Of a stretch of 64,000 nt of DNA, positions 48,097-61,947 are shown piece after piece (position 1 is the first letter of the stretch; every line of letters begins with the position of its first letter). Both the position numbers and the translations under genes were made by a program. Origin of the DNA: Octopus sinensis. Lineage: Eukaryota. Under the pieces are notes generated by a model. It was given only the letters and a program-made list of their open reading frames with translations, did not search any database and was not told where the DNA came from. The stretch is taken from contig NC_043000.1 of the NCBI RefSeq assembly GCF_006345805.1, forward strand, positions 145,452,001 to 145,516,000. The letters run 5' to 3'.

Positions 48097-48507
48097 TTTT
48101 ATTCTTTTACTTGTTGTAGTCATTTGACTGTGGCCATGCTGGAGCACTACCTTAAATGTCCTTTTTCGTCGAAGAAATCGATCCCAGGGCTTATTTCTTG
48201 TAAGCCCAGTACTTATTTTTTCGGTCTATTTTGCCTAACCACTAGGTTACGGTGACGTAAACTTACCTAGAACGGTTGTGCAGCGATGAAGATAGTGTGG
48301 GCCACAAACACAGGCACAAACACTCTTACACACATAAATATATACATATGTCTATACAATTGGCTTCTTTTAGTTTCCTTCTGACAAATCCACTCACAAG
48401 CCTTTTGATCCGAGGCTTTAGCAGAAGACATTTGGCCAAGGTGCCACTGAATGGGATGGAACCCGGAACAATGAGGTAGGAAAGCAAGCTTCTTTCCACA
48501 CATCCAC
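48097..48507 (-). mobile_element. Older SINE-A-like copy
   Basis: gtcatttgactgtggccatgctggagcac..aaatccactcacaag..gaacccggaac. Confidence 0.8.
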
Positions 48508-48884
48508 TATTGCACCTGTGTGCACGCGTGTGTGTTTGTGTGTGTGTGTGTGTATATGGGGCAATAGATAAAGGATAAATCACCGAACGAGAATCTAGTG
48601 CATTGCTTGGATAAGGACCAATGGAAGAATGTACCATACCCTTCAGTCATCCCCTAAATTCTGCCGATTGCTAATAGTTTCAGATTCTGTTATAAGGATA
48701 GCAATTCATATGAAGTGTTAAGACGGTTACATCGATCATGGTGTTCTTTTTTATCGAACCCTACACGATGAAAGCGTAAGAAAATCTCGCCGGAATTTTA
48801 ACATGTGTATGTGTGTTTGTGTGTGTATGTATGTGTGTGTGTTTGTTTGTGTGTGTGTATGAGAGAGAGAGAGAGAGTTTAAAG

Positions 48885-49025
48885 ACGCGTAGTTCAGTGG
48901 TTACGGATTCAGACTCACGATACTGAGATTGATTATAACCAATCTCAATATAATTATCGACGCCGCGCTATCCTTGAGCAAGGCACTTAATGTCATGTTG
49001 CTCCAGTACACTCATATAGGAAAAA
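48885..49025 (+). mobile_element. Decayed SINE-C head
   Basis: gcgtagttcagtggtta..ctcacgat..tccttgagcaaggcact..gttgctccagtacactc. Confidence 0.6.
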
Positions 49026-49103
49026 AGCGTCACACCCGTTATCCAGAGAATCAATTTCATCAAATTGTCTTACAAACTGAATCTCCTTTTCATGCGCTGT
49101 TTA

Positions 49104-49395
<292 letters not shown>

Positions 49396-50549
49396 TTGAA
49401 ACAAAATGGAGTCAACAAGAAGGAATACAGTTGGACATATATTTTTGAATCACTGCAATTTGTTCCACGCAACGTAGTTCTCCAGGTGTGTACGTACTTC
49501 TAGTGATTAAAAAATAAATGTCCAAAGGTGCTCCTTCTTGTTCGATCAAATGTTTTCATTTTATCTATTTACACATGACAGATGTCCAAACGCAAGCCTG
49601 GACGTACGTATAATACTATTACTGGACAGCACGTGGTAAATCTGAAGGTGGCTGAAATTTATACTGTACTCATTTATGTTCTTAACAGAACATACAATAA
49701 CAATATAGTGTGAAAAAAATACCAGAAATGTATAGATAAGTAACAAACTAAATTAATCATTACACTTTTAAAAACTAATCAATTGTTTTATATCTGGCAT
49801 CATGGATAATGAAACGTGAATGTACATACAAATATAAGCAACGATAAGATCGTATAACATCATACCACCCTACAAAAATTATAAGCTTTCCTGATGAAAT
49901 GGAAAGGGAATATTAAATTCCAGTGTTGGGGAAATTTGCCCAAAATCAAATATACCCTTTATATTCAAACTTAGAAAGAAACAAAGATAAACCACAAATT
50001 AAAACAGAAAGTAAAAATAACTTATAAAAAAATCCCTCATTATCTTGCCAAATAAACGTGTTGAGTATAATAATGTAAAAGGCTTATATATGTACGTATA
50101 TCTATATGTGTGTTCGTGTGTGCGAAGATATGTATGTTTCCCTGTGTATGTGCATGTATGTGTATGTATACACTTATTTATGTATATATATGGATATAAA
50201 TATACACGTATTACATATTTATTTATGTATATATACCTACATACATATACACGCATATATACTTTTTCCCTGTATTTCTATAGTTTTGCATTTCTAGACG
50301 TGAATATGTAGTGTGTAAGCTAATTTGTTCACTTTGTACGTGTGAACTATAGGAGCTGACGGATATATTACCTTAATAATAAAGAAAACACTAAAAATAT
50401 ATGTGTATATGAAGACAAAATAATGGTGAAAAGTACAACACAGTATACATACATTCTTACATGTATGTTTATTATACTATTTCTTCACTGCACTTGGATT
50501 TATATATATATATATACATATGTGTGTGCGTACGTGTGTATGTGTGTGT

Positions 50550-50592
<43 letters not shown>

Positions 50593-50677
50593 TGTGTGTC
50601 TAGGTGCAGTGAAGAAATAGTGTAATAAATGAACATGTAAGAATGTATGTATACTGTGTTGTACTTTTCACCATTAC

Positions 50678-50712
<35 letters not shown>

Positions 50713-50799
50713 CGTATATATATATATGCTCTGTATATATACAAATATATATATATCATATATATGTGGGTATATATGTATATGTATATGATTATATAT

Positions 50800-50850
<51 letters not shown>

Positions 50851-51816
50851 GAGAGAGAGAGAGAGATTGATAGATAAAAACGTTTTTACGAACGCAACAA
50901 CACGAAAACATTGGTCTCTTTTCCTTCATGTAGGTATGTGCGTACCCCGCGCATTCATGCGCGCACAATTCACACATACACAGAACATTCAAATACACAA
51001 CTGTACACACGCTCTCACACACACTCACACATCATACATACATACACACAGAGGCATACACACATACACACACATATATAATGTGGTGCTGAGAATGTGC
51101 TTTGAGTTGCATTTTAAATAAAAGAAAATGTTATAGAAAATATACTTTCGGCGTACGTATAGTGGCGCCAGACATGTCGGATCTATAAGAATTTTATTTC
51201 CTTTTCATTTTATTCTGAGGCGGAACAAATTGGTTCAACGAAAGTAAAGAAAAAATTGCTTTGGCACGGTAACAAACATTATCAAAAACAGAATACTTAT
51301 TGGACGAAAGATGTAAAAAGCTGCTAAAGATTATACAAAAAATAGAAGTGATAATAAATTTAACTAGCTTATGTGCACAAGATTTTGAACGTAGTTATGA
51401 AACAAGAAACAAGTGCTGAATGAATAATAAGTCGAAATGTAAAAGTATTATTTTCTTTGAATATTTAGTTGTGTTTTTTTTTTTGTTACAATTACAGACT
51501 AGCTTACTTTGGAACTATAATATTCGATAATTAATTGAGTTTAAATGTATTTTATTGTATATATAAGAATAACTTACGTGAATATGTCTAACGGTTTTAA
51601 AGAAAGAACTGCTTTTTGAAGTGTAAACATTTCACCAACACATACGGAATATCACGTCAACATTAATCAAAAGATTTTCGACTCATTTTATATTTGGTCA
51701 TTTTCAAAACAGTAATGATATAATAATTTATAAATTTCATGCTATGTCCAAATATTATCGAAAATATTTTAAAAATGGATGGAAAATAATTGACAGCATA
51801 AGATATAAATAAGCAA

Positions 51817-52143
51817 CAGGAATAGCTGTGTGGTAAGTAGATTGCTTACCAACCACATGGTCATGGGTTCAGTCTCACCGCGTGGCACTTTGGGCAAGTG
51901 TCTACTACTATAGCCTCGGGCCTGCCAAAGCCTTGTGAGTGGATTTGGTAGACGGGAACTGGAAGAAGCTCGTCGTATATGTATATATGTGTGTGTATAT
52001 ATGTTTGTGTGCTTGGGCCTGTCCCCTAACACCGCTTGACAGCCGACAAAGACACCGAGAAAATAAATACTAGGCTTACGATGAATAAAGGCAGTGCTCC
52101 AGCATGGCCGCAGTCAAATGACTGAAATAAAAGAATAAAAGAA
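51817..52143 (+). mobile_element. SINE-A-like copy with internal deletions
   Basis: gctgtgtggtaagtag..gccttgtgagtggatttggtagacgg..gtgctccagcatggccgcagtcaaatgactgaaa. Confidence 0.85.
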
Positions 52144-52228
52144 TATTAAAATGAGAATGAATGCAATACCTCAACTTTGATCAGTAAAAAACTGTGCGCA
52201 TCTTGAATTCCTATGCAAAAGATACACT

Positions 52229-53089
52229 GGCACACTGTCAATTATGATGACGAGGGTTCCTATTGATCCGTTCAACGGAACAGCCTGCAACTGAAATTAA
52301 CGTGCAAGTGACTGGGCTCTCCACAGATACGCGTACTCTTAGCGTAGTTCGCAGGGAGATTCAGCATAACATAGAACGGGACAAGAGGCGTCGAGCTGGC
52401 AGAAAAGGTTAGCACACCGGGTGAGATGTTTAGTGGTATTTCGTCTGCCGTTACGTTCTGAGTTCAAATTCCGCCGAGGTCGACTTTGCCTTTCATCCTT
52501 TCGGGGTCGATTAAATAAGTACCAGTTATGCACTGGGGTCGATGTAATCGACCTAATCCGTTTGTCTGTCCTTGTTTGTCCCCTCTCTGTTTATCCCCTT
52601 GTGGGCAATAAAGAAATAAGAAACGTTGGCACGCCGGGCGAGATGCTTAGCTGTATTTCGTCTGCACTTACGTTCTGAGTTCAAATTCCTCTGAGGTCGA
52701 CTTTGCTTTTCATCCTTTCGGGGTCGATCAATTAAGTACCTGTTACGCATTGGGGTTGATGTAATCGACTTAATTCCTTTGTCTCTCCTTGTTTATCCCC
52801 TCTATGTGAGCAACAAAGGAATAAGAACGTGACAAGATTGGGCCCTTTGAAATACAGGGACTGCACATATTTGCCAGTTGAGTAGACTGGAGCAAGGTGA
52901 AATAAAATTTCTTGCTCGAGGGCACAACGTGCCACTGGTTTTCGAACCCGCAATCTTACGATCGTGAGCTGAATGCCCTAATCACTAAGCTACGAATTCA
53001 AATCACTAGCATCGCTGGTGTGTTTATGTCTCCGTCACGTAACGTTTCGGCAAGTGTGACCGACAGAAAAATCACTAAGCTACGCGCCT
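52229..53089 (-). mobile_element. SINE-C carrying two nested insertions
   Basis: Tail 52229-52386, core/head 52824-52994 and 53070-53089. Confidence 0.8.
52387..52823 (+). mobile_element. Dimeric SINE-B with 14-bp TSD
   Basis: Two units fused at ~52620. TSD AGAACG(G/T)GACAAGA at 52373-52386 and 52824-52837. Confidence 0.88.
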
Positions 53090-53652
53090 TCACTACTATA
53101 TTTGAAAAGTGTACCTGGCATATTTGTACCAAAATTTATCTTAAATCAACGGAGATGAAAAAAAAAAGCATAAAATAACTAATTGTATCTTCGTCCCTCA
53201 ATATAAGGATTAAGAACAAACATGTGATTTGAAATATAACATAGATCTAAGTCTGGAGTTATAATAACTCCACATTTCTGAGAAGTCCTTTTACATGACA
53301 TTTCTTTTAACAACTCTGCACAAGTAGTCTGCACAAGTAGGTAATCGATATAGTACTGGATATTTCTGAGATGATTTTCAGTCAAATTAGGAGACAAAGA
53401 ATTGCGTACATCTTAGATGAGATGCATTAATATGAGAACACTTGGGAAGAAATATAAATGTTCATCAATCATAGAGTAAAGTGATGCGGAAATAAGGTGA
53501 AATAAGGAGGTCAGAAAAGACAATACAATTTATCGAGAACGAAAGGAGATGGAGAAAATTTTAATGTAATGTTTATGGATTGCATCATACAAGCTCTTGA
53601 GGGGAGCTCATATAAAACATACAATCATTGTTTATGATATAAATACACTTAT

Positions 53653-53683
<31 letters not shown>

Positions 53684-53769
53684 ATTTTAATCCAAAAGGG
53701 AAACAAAAAACAACAACAACAGGAACAATTACAGTATTATTATTAATAGGCGCTCAGGAGATGGAAGCA

Positions 53770-53819
<50 letters not shown>

Positions 53820-54900
53820 AGCACATGCACATACACACACATATATACACACATGAATATTTGTTTGATGTGGAATTATATTTCAAAACATTACATTTCA
53901 AGGTTACTCAATAGATTTTATTGGAGCATATTTTTACCAATATATTTTGCAGAGAACATTTGCAAGTGACTTCGAATTTCCAACTTACCTATCATCAGAG
54001 AGTCTGCTGGCGGATAGTAAATGAAAACGATGAAATCTCTCTCTTTCTTTTCCTTTTTGCCCCCTCTCTCCATATCTCTATCTCTCTTTCTCTCTCTCTT
54101 AGTGTATTCTGTCTTTCCTTTTCAATAGAGATATATTCCACAGTAATACTCCAGGCATCACCGTTTTGAATTCGTTTCAGAAGGATCCCAGTTTCATATT
54201 ATCTATCTCTGGATCGCTATCAAATGCATCATACCAGTTGGTTGGGCAATTCTTTCATAGTAGATGTTGTTAATTATTATGACAACAATAAAAGAAATGT
54301 GAAAAATTTCTATAATCACGGCATTAGTCTTGTGTGCATGGTATGATGTATAAGCCATCATTTGGTCCTGCGTATATATACACTAATATCGGACAATGAG
54401 AATGTAATCTCAGCACCACATTGGTGGATAACTTATATTATTTATTTGTGGACTGACCAGACTACTCATGGTTTCATAGAGGGTAAGATGGGTCTTTAGA
54501 ATTATTCAAGTATAGTGCATTGGAACATGAGTACGCTTTACTTTCGATGAGATACTTGATGCACAGGAGCTGTATATTGCTAGATATTTGTTGATGTATT
54601 TCGAAATTCCGTACAACCTCTTGTAATCTCGTATATTCTCATCCCAAATGAAGTACCAAGATTCTCATGTGGTATGCTTGAACAATTGTAAAGATCTCAC
54701 ATTCCAAGAAACTATTGGCAACCTTGTTAACCCACAAATAATATATCTATGTATGTGTGTACATATGTGTGTGTGTGTGTGTGTGTGTGTGCGTGCATAA
54801 TTATATATATTGATAAATTGGTAGATAGATAGACAAAGTAAGAGTAAACGAGTAATTTATATATATATATATATATGTATGTATATATATATATATATAT

Positions 54901-55164
54901 ATTGGTAAAAACGGTAAGATAACAAAAGAAAGAAAAAGACCTCAATATTATGTAAATAGAGGAAATTGATCTGTAAAATAATATGTGACAATTATTCAAT
55001 AGCCAAGATAAAACTCTGAGTTTCGGATGCCGAGGTGGGAATCCACAACAACTTCTCTTCGGTTATCTGGCCCTCTAAATGGTGTAATGGATTTCCACCT
55101 CGGCATCCGAAACTCAGAGTTTTATCTTGGCTATTGAATAATTGTCATATATTATTTTACAGAT
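54901..55164 (-). mobile_element. ORF-less PLE-like terminal relic with inverted 5' duplication
   Basis: 77-bp inverted arms 54969-55045 and 55088-55164 (2 mismatches). Flanked by (TA)n and (CA)n. Contains a hammerhead motif. Confidence 0.75.
55002..55071 (-). ncRNA. Type I hammerhead motif, U4C core mutation
   Basis: Minus strand: GCCAGAUAA-CCGAAGA-G..(GUGG AUUC CCAC)..C-GAAAC-UCAGA-GUU-UUAUCUUGGC. Confidence 0.7.
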
Positions 55165-55198
55165 ACACACATACACACATACACACACATACAACACA

Positions 55199-55302
<104 letters not shown>

Positions 55303-57517
55303 GTATATATTAGAATACACTTTGCATATTTGTTTATACACATTCTCACAAACTTTTATAGACTGCAATTCCCGATACTCTATCTGAAATATATTAAAAC
55401 TTATTTTTGAAAACACTCCGTTTAAATGTATCCTCTAATGAAATAAACATTTGCCCTATTCCTTACCTGACAGATTTTTAACTTCCACTTTTGGAAAATG
55501 ATTTTTTTTAGAGATGAATATTCAGCTGTTTTTGCTTGAATGTAAATTTGCAGCAATCTGTCATTCGTTCAACACTACGATCATTTTAAATGCACATATT
55601 TCTCACATCCCGTCAGATATAGTGACGATATATCATTTGTTTATACCTTACTACATTCATGGTTCTTCATGAAATTTTCTAAAATTGGTGGTGCTCCATC
55701 ATGGTGGTGCTCCAGCATGACCACAGCCACCTCGCTGAAACACAAAGAATAAAAGAATATATCTGTTATTTTGTACTAGTGTCAGTCATTGAAAAGTTGT
55801 CATGCCGAGGAACTACCTTTAATAGTTTTCATCGAACGAATCTACGTCATGACTTATTTTTCTTGTACTTACGCCGAACCTCTATATTTAAGGAACGTAG
55901 ATAAGACTGGAACAAAAACGCAATAGAGGGCATTAAAACGTTCGGACTGTACGATAGACGATACAAAGGCGGACGGCCTTTTTTCAGATTCCCTCCACAG
56001 CATCTGCTCACAATGGTTTCATCGACCCGGTGCTATGCTAAAAGGCATACAGTGGGACTTCATTCTGGACTAAGTTGTAGGAAAGCAAACATCTACTACT
56101 GAGCTACACGCGGACGCGTACATATTTGGTCAGCTCTGGGTTAAAGTACACGGCACTTGTCCAAGATGTCACGTAGTGGAACTGATCATGGACCCATGTG
56201 GTTAGGAAGCAAACTTCTTACCATCCAAATATTTTCGATATACTACATCTGTGACTTGAATGTATCAAGAGTTACTATCTTAATATCTTGTAATGCATAA
56301 CACACATTCCTAAATCATAATTGTGTCAACATATGGTGCTTACCGGATGGCCAGATTATTGTGTGAAAATATTTAAATTCATTATAGAGAATGGGGTGTT
56401 CATATACAAATACTTTTTATATCAATTCAGACCTCAATTATAGACTTTGGAAAACCTAAATCAAAATTCAGAGTTAGCAAACATATGAATCTATATTCTG
56501 CACCATCTGCTGATATAATTTAGAATACATCAGCAGCTATACTGCTACAATTTCACGTCAACCTCATAGAGTATTATGTCCACTATGTCAAGCAAATTAT
56601 TATCTATAAGAAACAAAACGATATTTTATTATATTGTTTAGGCGGTTGAAATTATAGTAATGTAACCAAATTTTCAGACAAGTAGTAATTTCATAAGAAT
56701 TTTTTGAAGTAGTGTACAAATGACGTGGTGTATGTTTTATGATGAAGTGAAAAACTAACTAGTATCTAATTGGATAGAATTACAGATGCACCTTTGAACA
56801 CATTTATGCCAAAATATATGTAGGACCAGCCTGATTATCCTCAACTTAAGTATGAAACGTTATTACCTTTTTCTCACCATGAGGAACCGTTAATTAGATA
56901 TAAAGATAACATAATGGCGTCGATAAATATTTAATGTTCTTTAATTTCCATAGGAGCGGATATAAAATTTTGAATTAATTTTCGGTTATGTTTTAAACCT
57001 AGGAAATATTTGTTTTTCTTTTCTCTATAGTATTAAACACATCCTTAAATTTACAAAAGAATTTATTCCCTTTACTTCATGGACGACGTTATATTTAGAT
57101 GCAGTCGTTAGCAGTTTTTAACACTTATATATAACTGGTTCCATAGAGAATAAACCTGTCAACAGTTCTAGACCATCTTGAAATTGCCAAGTACGCATAT
57201 TTTGAAATCTAACAACCACGTTGCATTTTTGTTCCACTGGGATCCCGTTTGAATGTCAATACATTTTCACTTATGCAAAAAATAACATTGCCTTCAGGAT
57301 TAATATTGTCCCAATGTCAGCATTTTGCGATTCAAAATGATATCGTTCTGAAGTATATCGGTTCAGAATAATATATACAAAGAAAATATTTGTTAAGGAA
57401 TACAGGTTCACACATACACACACACACATACACACACGCATACACACACATGCACGCACGCACAAGCACTCACACATACATATAAGCAAATTATATGTAT
57501 GCGTGCGTGTGTTTGTA

Positions 57518-57556
<39 letters not shown>

Positions 57557-57564
57557 CATATATG

Positions 57565-57765
57565 GAGTAATCCCTCGCCATATCGCGGTTTACCAATCGC
57601 TGATCATTATTTAAGCTTACGTCGATTCTTCTGTACTGTTGTTTTTCATATATATAATAAATATATACAAATTATAAAATATACAATACAGTATTGTTTC
57701 TACTCTGCAGATTTTCACCTATCGCGATGAGTTTTGGAACGTAACACCCGCGATAATCGAGGGAT

Positions 57766-57770
<5 letters not shown>
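57565..57770. mobile_element. pogo/Tigger-like MITE (~205 bp) in TA repeats
   Basis: Imperfect TIRs GAGTAATCCCTCGCCATATCGCGG / CCCGCGATAATCGAGGGATTAGTG. Confidence 0.7.
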
Positions 57771-57816
<46 letters not shown>

Positions 57817-57914
57817 GTGTGTGTGTGTGTGTGTGTGTTTATACAAACACTCACTCATACATATTTGTGTGTATATGCGTGTTTTTAAGAAAAATGTCAC
57901 TTACACATACACAC

Positions 57915-57954
57915 GTACATACATACATACATGCATACATACTACATACATACA

Positions 57955-57988
<34 letters not shown>

Positions 57989-58049
57989 CATACATACATA
58001 CATACTACATACATACATACATACATTCATACGTACATACATGCATACA

Positions 58050-58081
<32 letters not shown>

Positions 58082-58243
58082 CATACATGCATACATACTA
58101 CATACATACATACATACATACATACATACATACATACATACATACATACATGCATACATACATGCATACATATATACATACATACATACATACATACATA
58201 CATACATACATACATACATACATACATACGTACTTACATACAT
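57915..58243. repeat. (TACA)n microsatellite
   Basis: Direct reading. Confidence 0.95.
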
Positions 58244-59239
58244 GTATGCTCTCTTTATCATTTTAAGTTAAACTAGATTTTAACTGGCCACCTAATTGTT
58301 AAAGTTATGGGGGAAGCATCTTGTTTTACCATCAATCTGAAATCGTAAGGCCTGGTGGACTTTTATAGTGCCAGATATCGGGATCATTTATAGAACATGA
58401 ATTAGACTTGCGTTCTCACTCCAAGTCACCATGTTGAGCCATACATTACTCCAGACGGGTTTTTGTGTACTCTGTTGCGCAAATAATAATGAAATATGAA
58501 AGTGAAAGTGCATTTTCTGTACTGGACTTGCATATACTTTATCATTGCTCAATCGCTGTCCATTTCCTTTTGTTCTTTTATAACCACACAGGTGGTCCAG
58601 ATTGGGTTTACAGAAAATAAAGTAAATTTTGAATGTCCGATAGAAGATAGAGCAAATACTCATAGAACAGGGAAAAATGTTGCCAGCAGAAGGCTACTGT
58701 GAAATGAAACCTGTGCATCGCTGATACCGTTTGAATATTCTGTGCCATTAAATTAAGTGGCTTGTGAGAGAAATTGCTGTCTATTTTAAAGCTAAACATG
58801 TTCTCAACAACTTTTCTTTTTGTAACAAACCAATCTTCTCGATTCTTCTATGTTTGCTAAAACAATGCTCTCATCTTCCAAGAGGTAATTAGCCTGTATC
58901 TGACACGTACAGTTTGCTTCATTGTAGCCACCTACTGGGAACTTTTTTTGTGTATATGTATGTACACTCACACAGTTGGGGACATAAAATCAAAGCAACG
59001 TGGAAAAAATAGTAATCAAATGCCAAAGGTAGAGTGATATACTTTATATTAAAACTGAAAAGTTATCACAGAACTGTTACTCAGATATTTACATTCCCGT
59101 TTATCAGGAACAGGAAATTATGAGTAAGAGTTTAGTGATGATATTGTATTTTTAATAAAAATTATTAAATATATATATAAAGGAAAACCCTATCCGTCTT
59201 CAACGGTGATGGGTAGAGCAAGGCTGGTGGAGCATGTCA

Positions 59240-59390
59240 CCAATGATGTCGCAACTCATTTCAACAGCTGAGAGAACTAGAGCAACATGAAATAAAGTGT
59301 CTTGCTCAAGATCACAACACATGCCCCGATCCAGGAACTCAAAACTCCACTATTGTAAACCCGATGCTCTAATCATTTAGCCGTGCACAA
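59240..59390 (-). mobile_element. Decayed SINE-C head
   Basis: gcaacatgaaataaagtgtcttgctcaag..tctaatcatttagccgtgc. Confidence 0.65.
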
Positions 59391-59416
59391 TACACACACA
59401 TACATACACATCTGTG

Positions 59417-59451
<35 letters not shown>

Positions 59452-59503
59452 ATAAAACTTACTTAGAAGTGGATGCGTGCGTTCTGTCATATAATAACAA
59501 AAT

Positions 59504-59589
59504 AATAAATAAAACATATGCATATATACATACATATATGTACGTACCTACATCTATATGTATATATACATGCATATATGGGTACATAT
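59504..59589 (-). repeat. Repeat X, terminal fragment
   Basis: AATAAATAAAACATATGCATATATACATACATATATGTACGTACCTA..ATGCATATATGGGTACA, as at 32945 and 61944. Confidence 0.85.
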
Positions 59590-59749
59590 ATATAATAATG
59601 ATAATAATAGCTTATTATTTATGTTCATAATAATAATGAAAAAAATAAAATAAATAAATAAATAGCAAGTCTAGAATAAGATGAAAAGAGAAAATGTTAA
59701 AATATATGATATGTCCTTTCATCTCTTTAAGGTAAAAAAAACCAATGAT

Positions 59750-60950
59750 AAACTATTAGATAGGAAAAAGTTTAGTTTTCAATTTCAGACATACAGTGTA
59801 TCGGTAGAGAATCCAGAAGTAAATATGCTATGAAACACGCTTAAGGGGATGCCTTATAAAAAAAAATCTAACTCTAAAATTAAGTACATACACTCCCGAA
59901 GCAATCACCCAGCATCAATAAAAAACGATTTATTTAAAAGTATCAGCCGTAGATTATCATAATTTTAATCTAATGAGGATATATTTAATAAACATAAGGA
60001 CCAATATAACATAGTCTTGGGTAAGCAGGTTATAATGATAAGATAAGATATTTACCATATATAAATAATACTAACAATTACAAGGAAAGCATCAGAAAAA
60101 AATGTTAATAGTTATAAAATTAAAAATAATATTAATGACAAAAATATAAATAAAAATGGGAACAAGCATAAAGTAAAAAATAAGAATAATAACAGAAACA
60201 AAAATAGATCTGATAGATATAAAATAAACTACAATACCCTCACTCTACTAGGAAATTTTGAATCATCAAATAATAATAACAATAATAATGTATGTTTGAT
60301 ACTGCCTATCACGTTGCAAATTAAGAGTAATGTTGTAAATTCTATCTTTCAAAGAGCATTTTAACACTAACAATATATATCGTGAAATTATTAATATCAA
60401 AACGATTAAAATAGGGTATAGTTAAATCCAGATTCTGGCAACTATTGCCTCTGCTATAAATAATATTTGTGCTAATATTAATGCCATTAACACATATTTA
60501 CAGAGCAATACATCTACTCATATGTTCCATTTATCCCTAAAGTCAATGATATACCTAATAGCTGTGATTGTAGAATTAAAAGTAACCGCTCACTCAGAAA
60601 TGCATTTAAGCGTAAAAGCGTAGTATACCAATGTATACTAACGGCACAGGGAATGGAGAGTTGTTATATAGGTTCGTCACAAAATTAAATTAAGAAACGT
60701 TTGGCCTCTCTCATCTAACCATTGAGAAATATACGTAGATCTGTTTCCACAGGTCTGAGTAAATTTAGTTGGGAGCCAAATGATAAGAATATAAAGTATG
60801 ATTTAAAATGGTAAATACTAACCTCTGCACCTTCTTTTCAAATAAATATGAATAAATGTCACTTATCTCGAAATGAAAAATTCTCTATCCTTTCGGCAAA
60901 ATACCCTATTCTTAACCTTCGGGAAGAACGCCACCTTTCTTGTATTCATA
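59750..60950 (+). pseudogene. PLE-4: decayed Penelope-like RT end + GIY-YIG (same type as PLE-1)
   Basis: KYIHSRSNHPASI..SISRRLS..SNEDIF..KAGY; KTIKIGYS; SCDCRIKS; SVVYQC..CYIGSS..KKR; LKW.IL..KCHL..EKFSIL. Confidence 0.78.
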
Positions 60951-61908
60951 GGACCAAATTTGTATTCTCAAAATACTGATAAAATATTATTCAATTATTT
61001 AATCATTTTATTCTTTGCATTTGCATTCATGTCTAACCCATTTGACTACATGTTTAACCTTTCTCCCCTTTGCCACATTAAACTCCTCTTTAAAATCAAC
61101 ATATTTTTTAACCCCTACTTTGTAGATGGATATATATTTTGCCATTACATATATATTCATATATATCCTGTCATCGCATTTATATTCATGTATAACTTAT
61201 ATATTAACTTATTTATCCCTTACCCATAAACTATATTGAATTAAATCTAAATTTCATAATCAACCCAATTTATCTAACTTTTACCAAGTGTTTATGTATA
61301 TATGAGTGTGTGTGTGTGTATGCGTGTGCGAGTATGTGTATCTGTATATGGATTTATGGGTCTCCATTTTCTATATCATTTTTTAAAATATTTATTGGCG
61401 TTATTATTTACCTGTACTAAGTTCTTCATTCAGGTATCTTATTAATTTATCAGATATATGTTCTTTCTTCCACATATATTATGTAAAATACAATTTGGTT
61501 TTAACCTGGTTGAATTGTTTATAAATTAGATTTTATTTCTCCTTATTCTTATTATGTTATATTATATTATATATATTATATTATATTATATTATATTATA
61601 TTATATTATATTATATTATATTATACCCTGAATTTATTCCTGTAATGTATTATTAGTACATTCCTTCAATAGCGTATTAATACTTTGTGAAGTTGAAGGC
61701 TAACCCATTAAATTTATTTTATTTTTTATTTGATTTGATTTAATTTACTTAACTTATTCTTTCATATTTTATAATATTTTGCATGTAAGTTGATCTACCT
61801 AATTAAATACATGTAATGTCTTATAATATATTCCAATTTGTTTCTGAAAATTAAGATCTTTTGGTAAATCTGATATTAACTGTTCAGCACAGGGATATAC
61901 GACTATAG

Positions 61909-61943
<35 letters not shown>

Positions 61944-61947
<4 letters not shown>

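Noticed and set aside
53960-54010. Minus-strand CTGATGA..GAAA-TTCGAA-GTC
   Set aside because: There is no stem I or stem II pairing.
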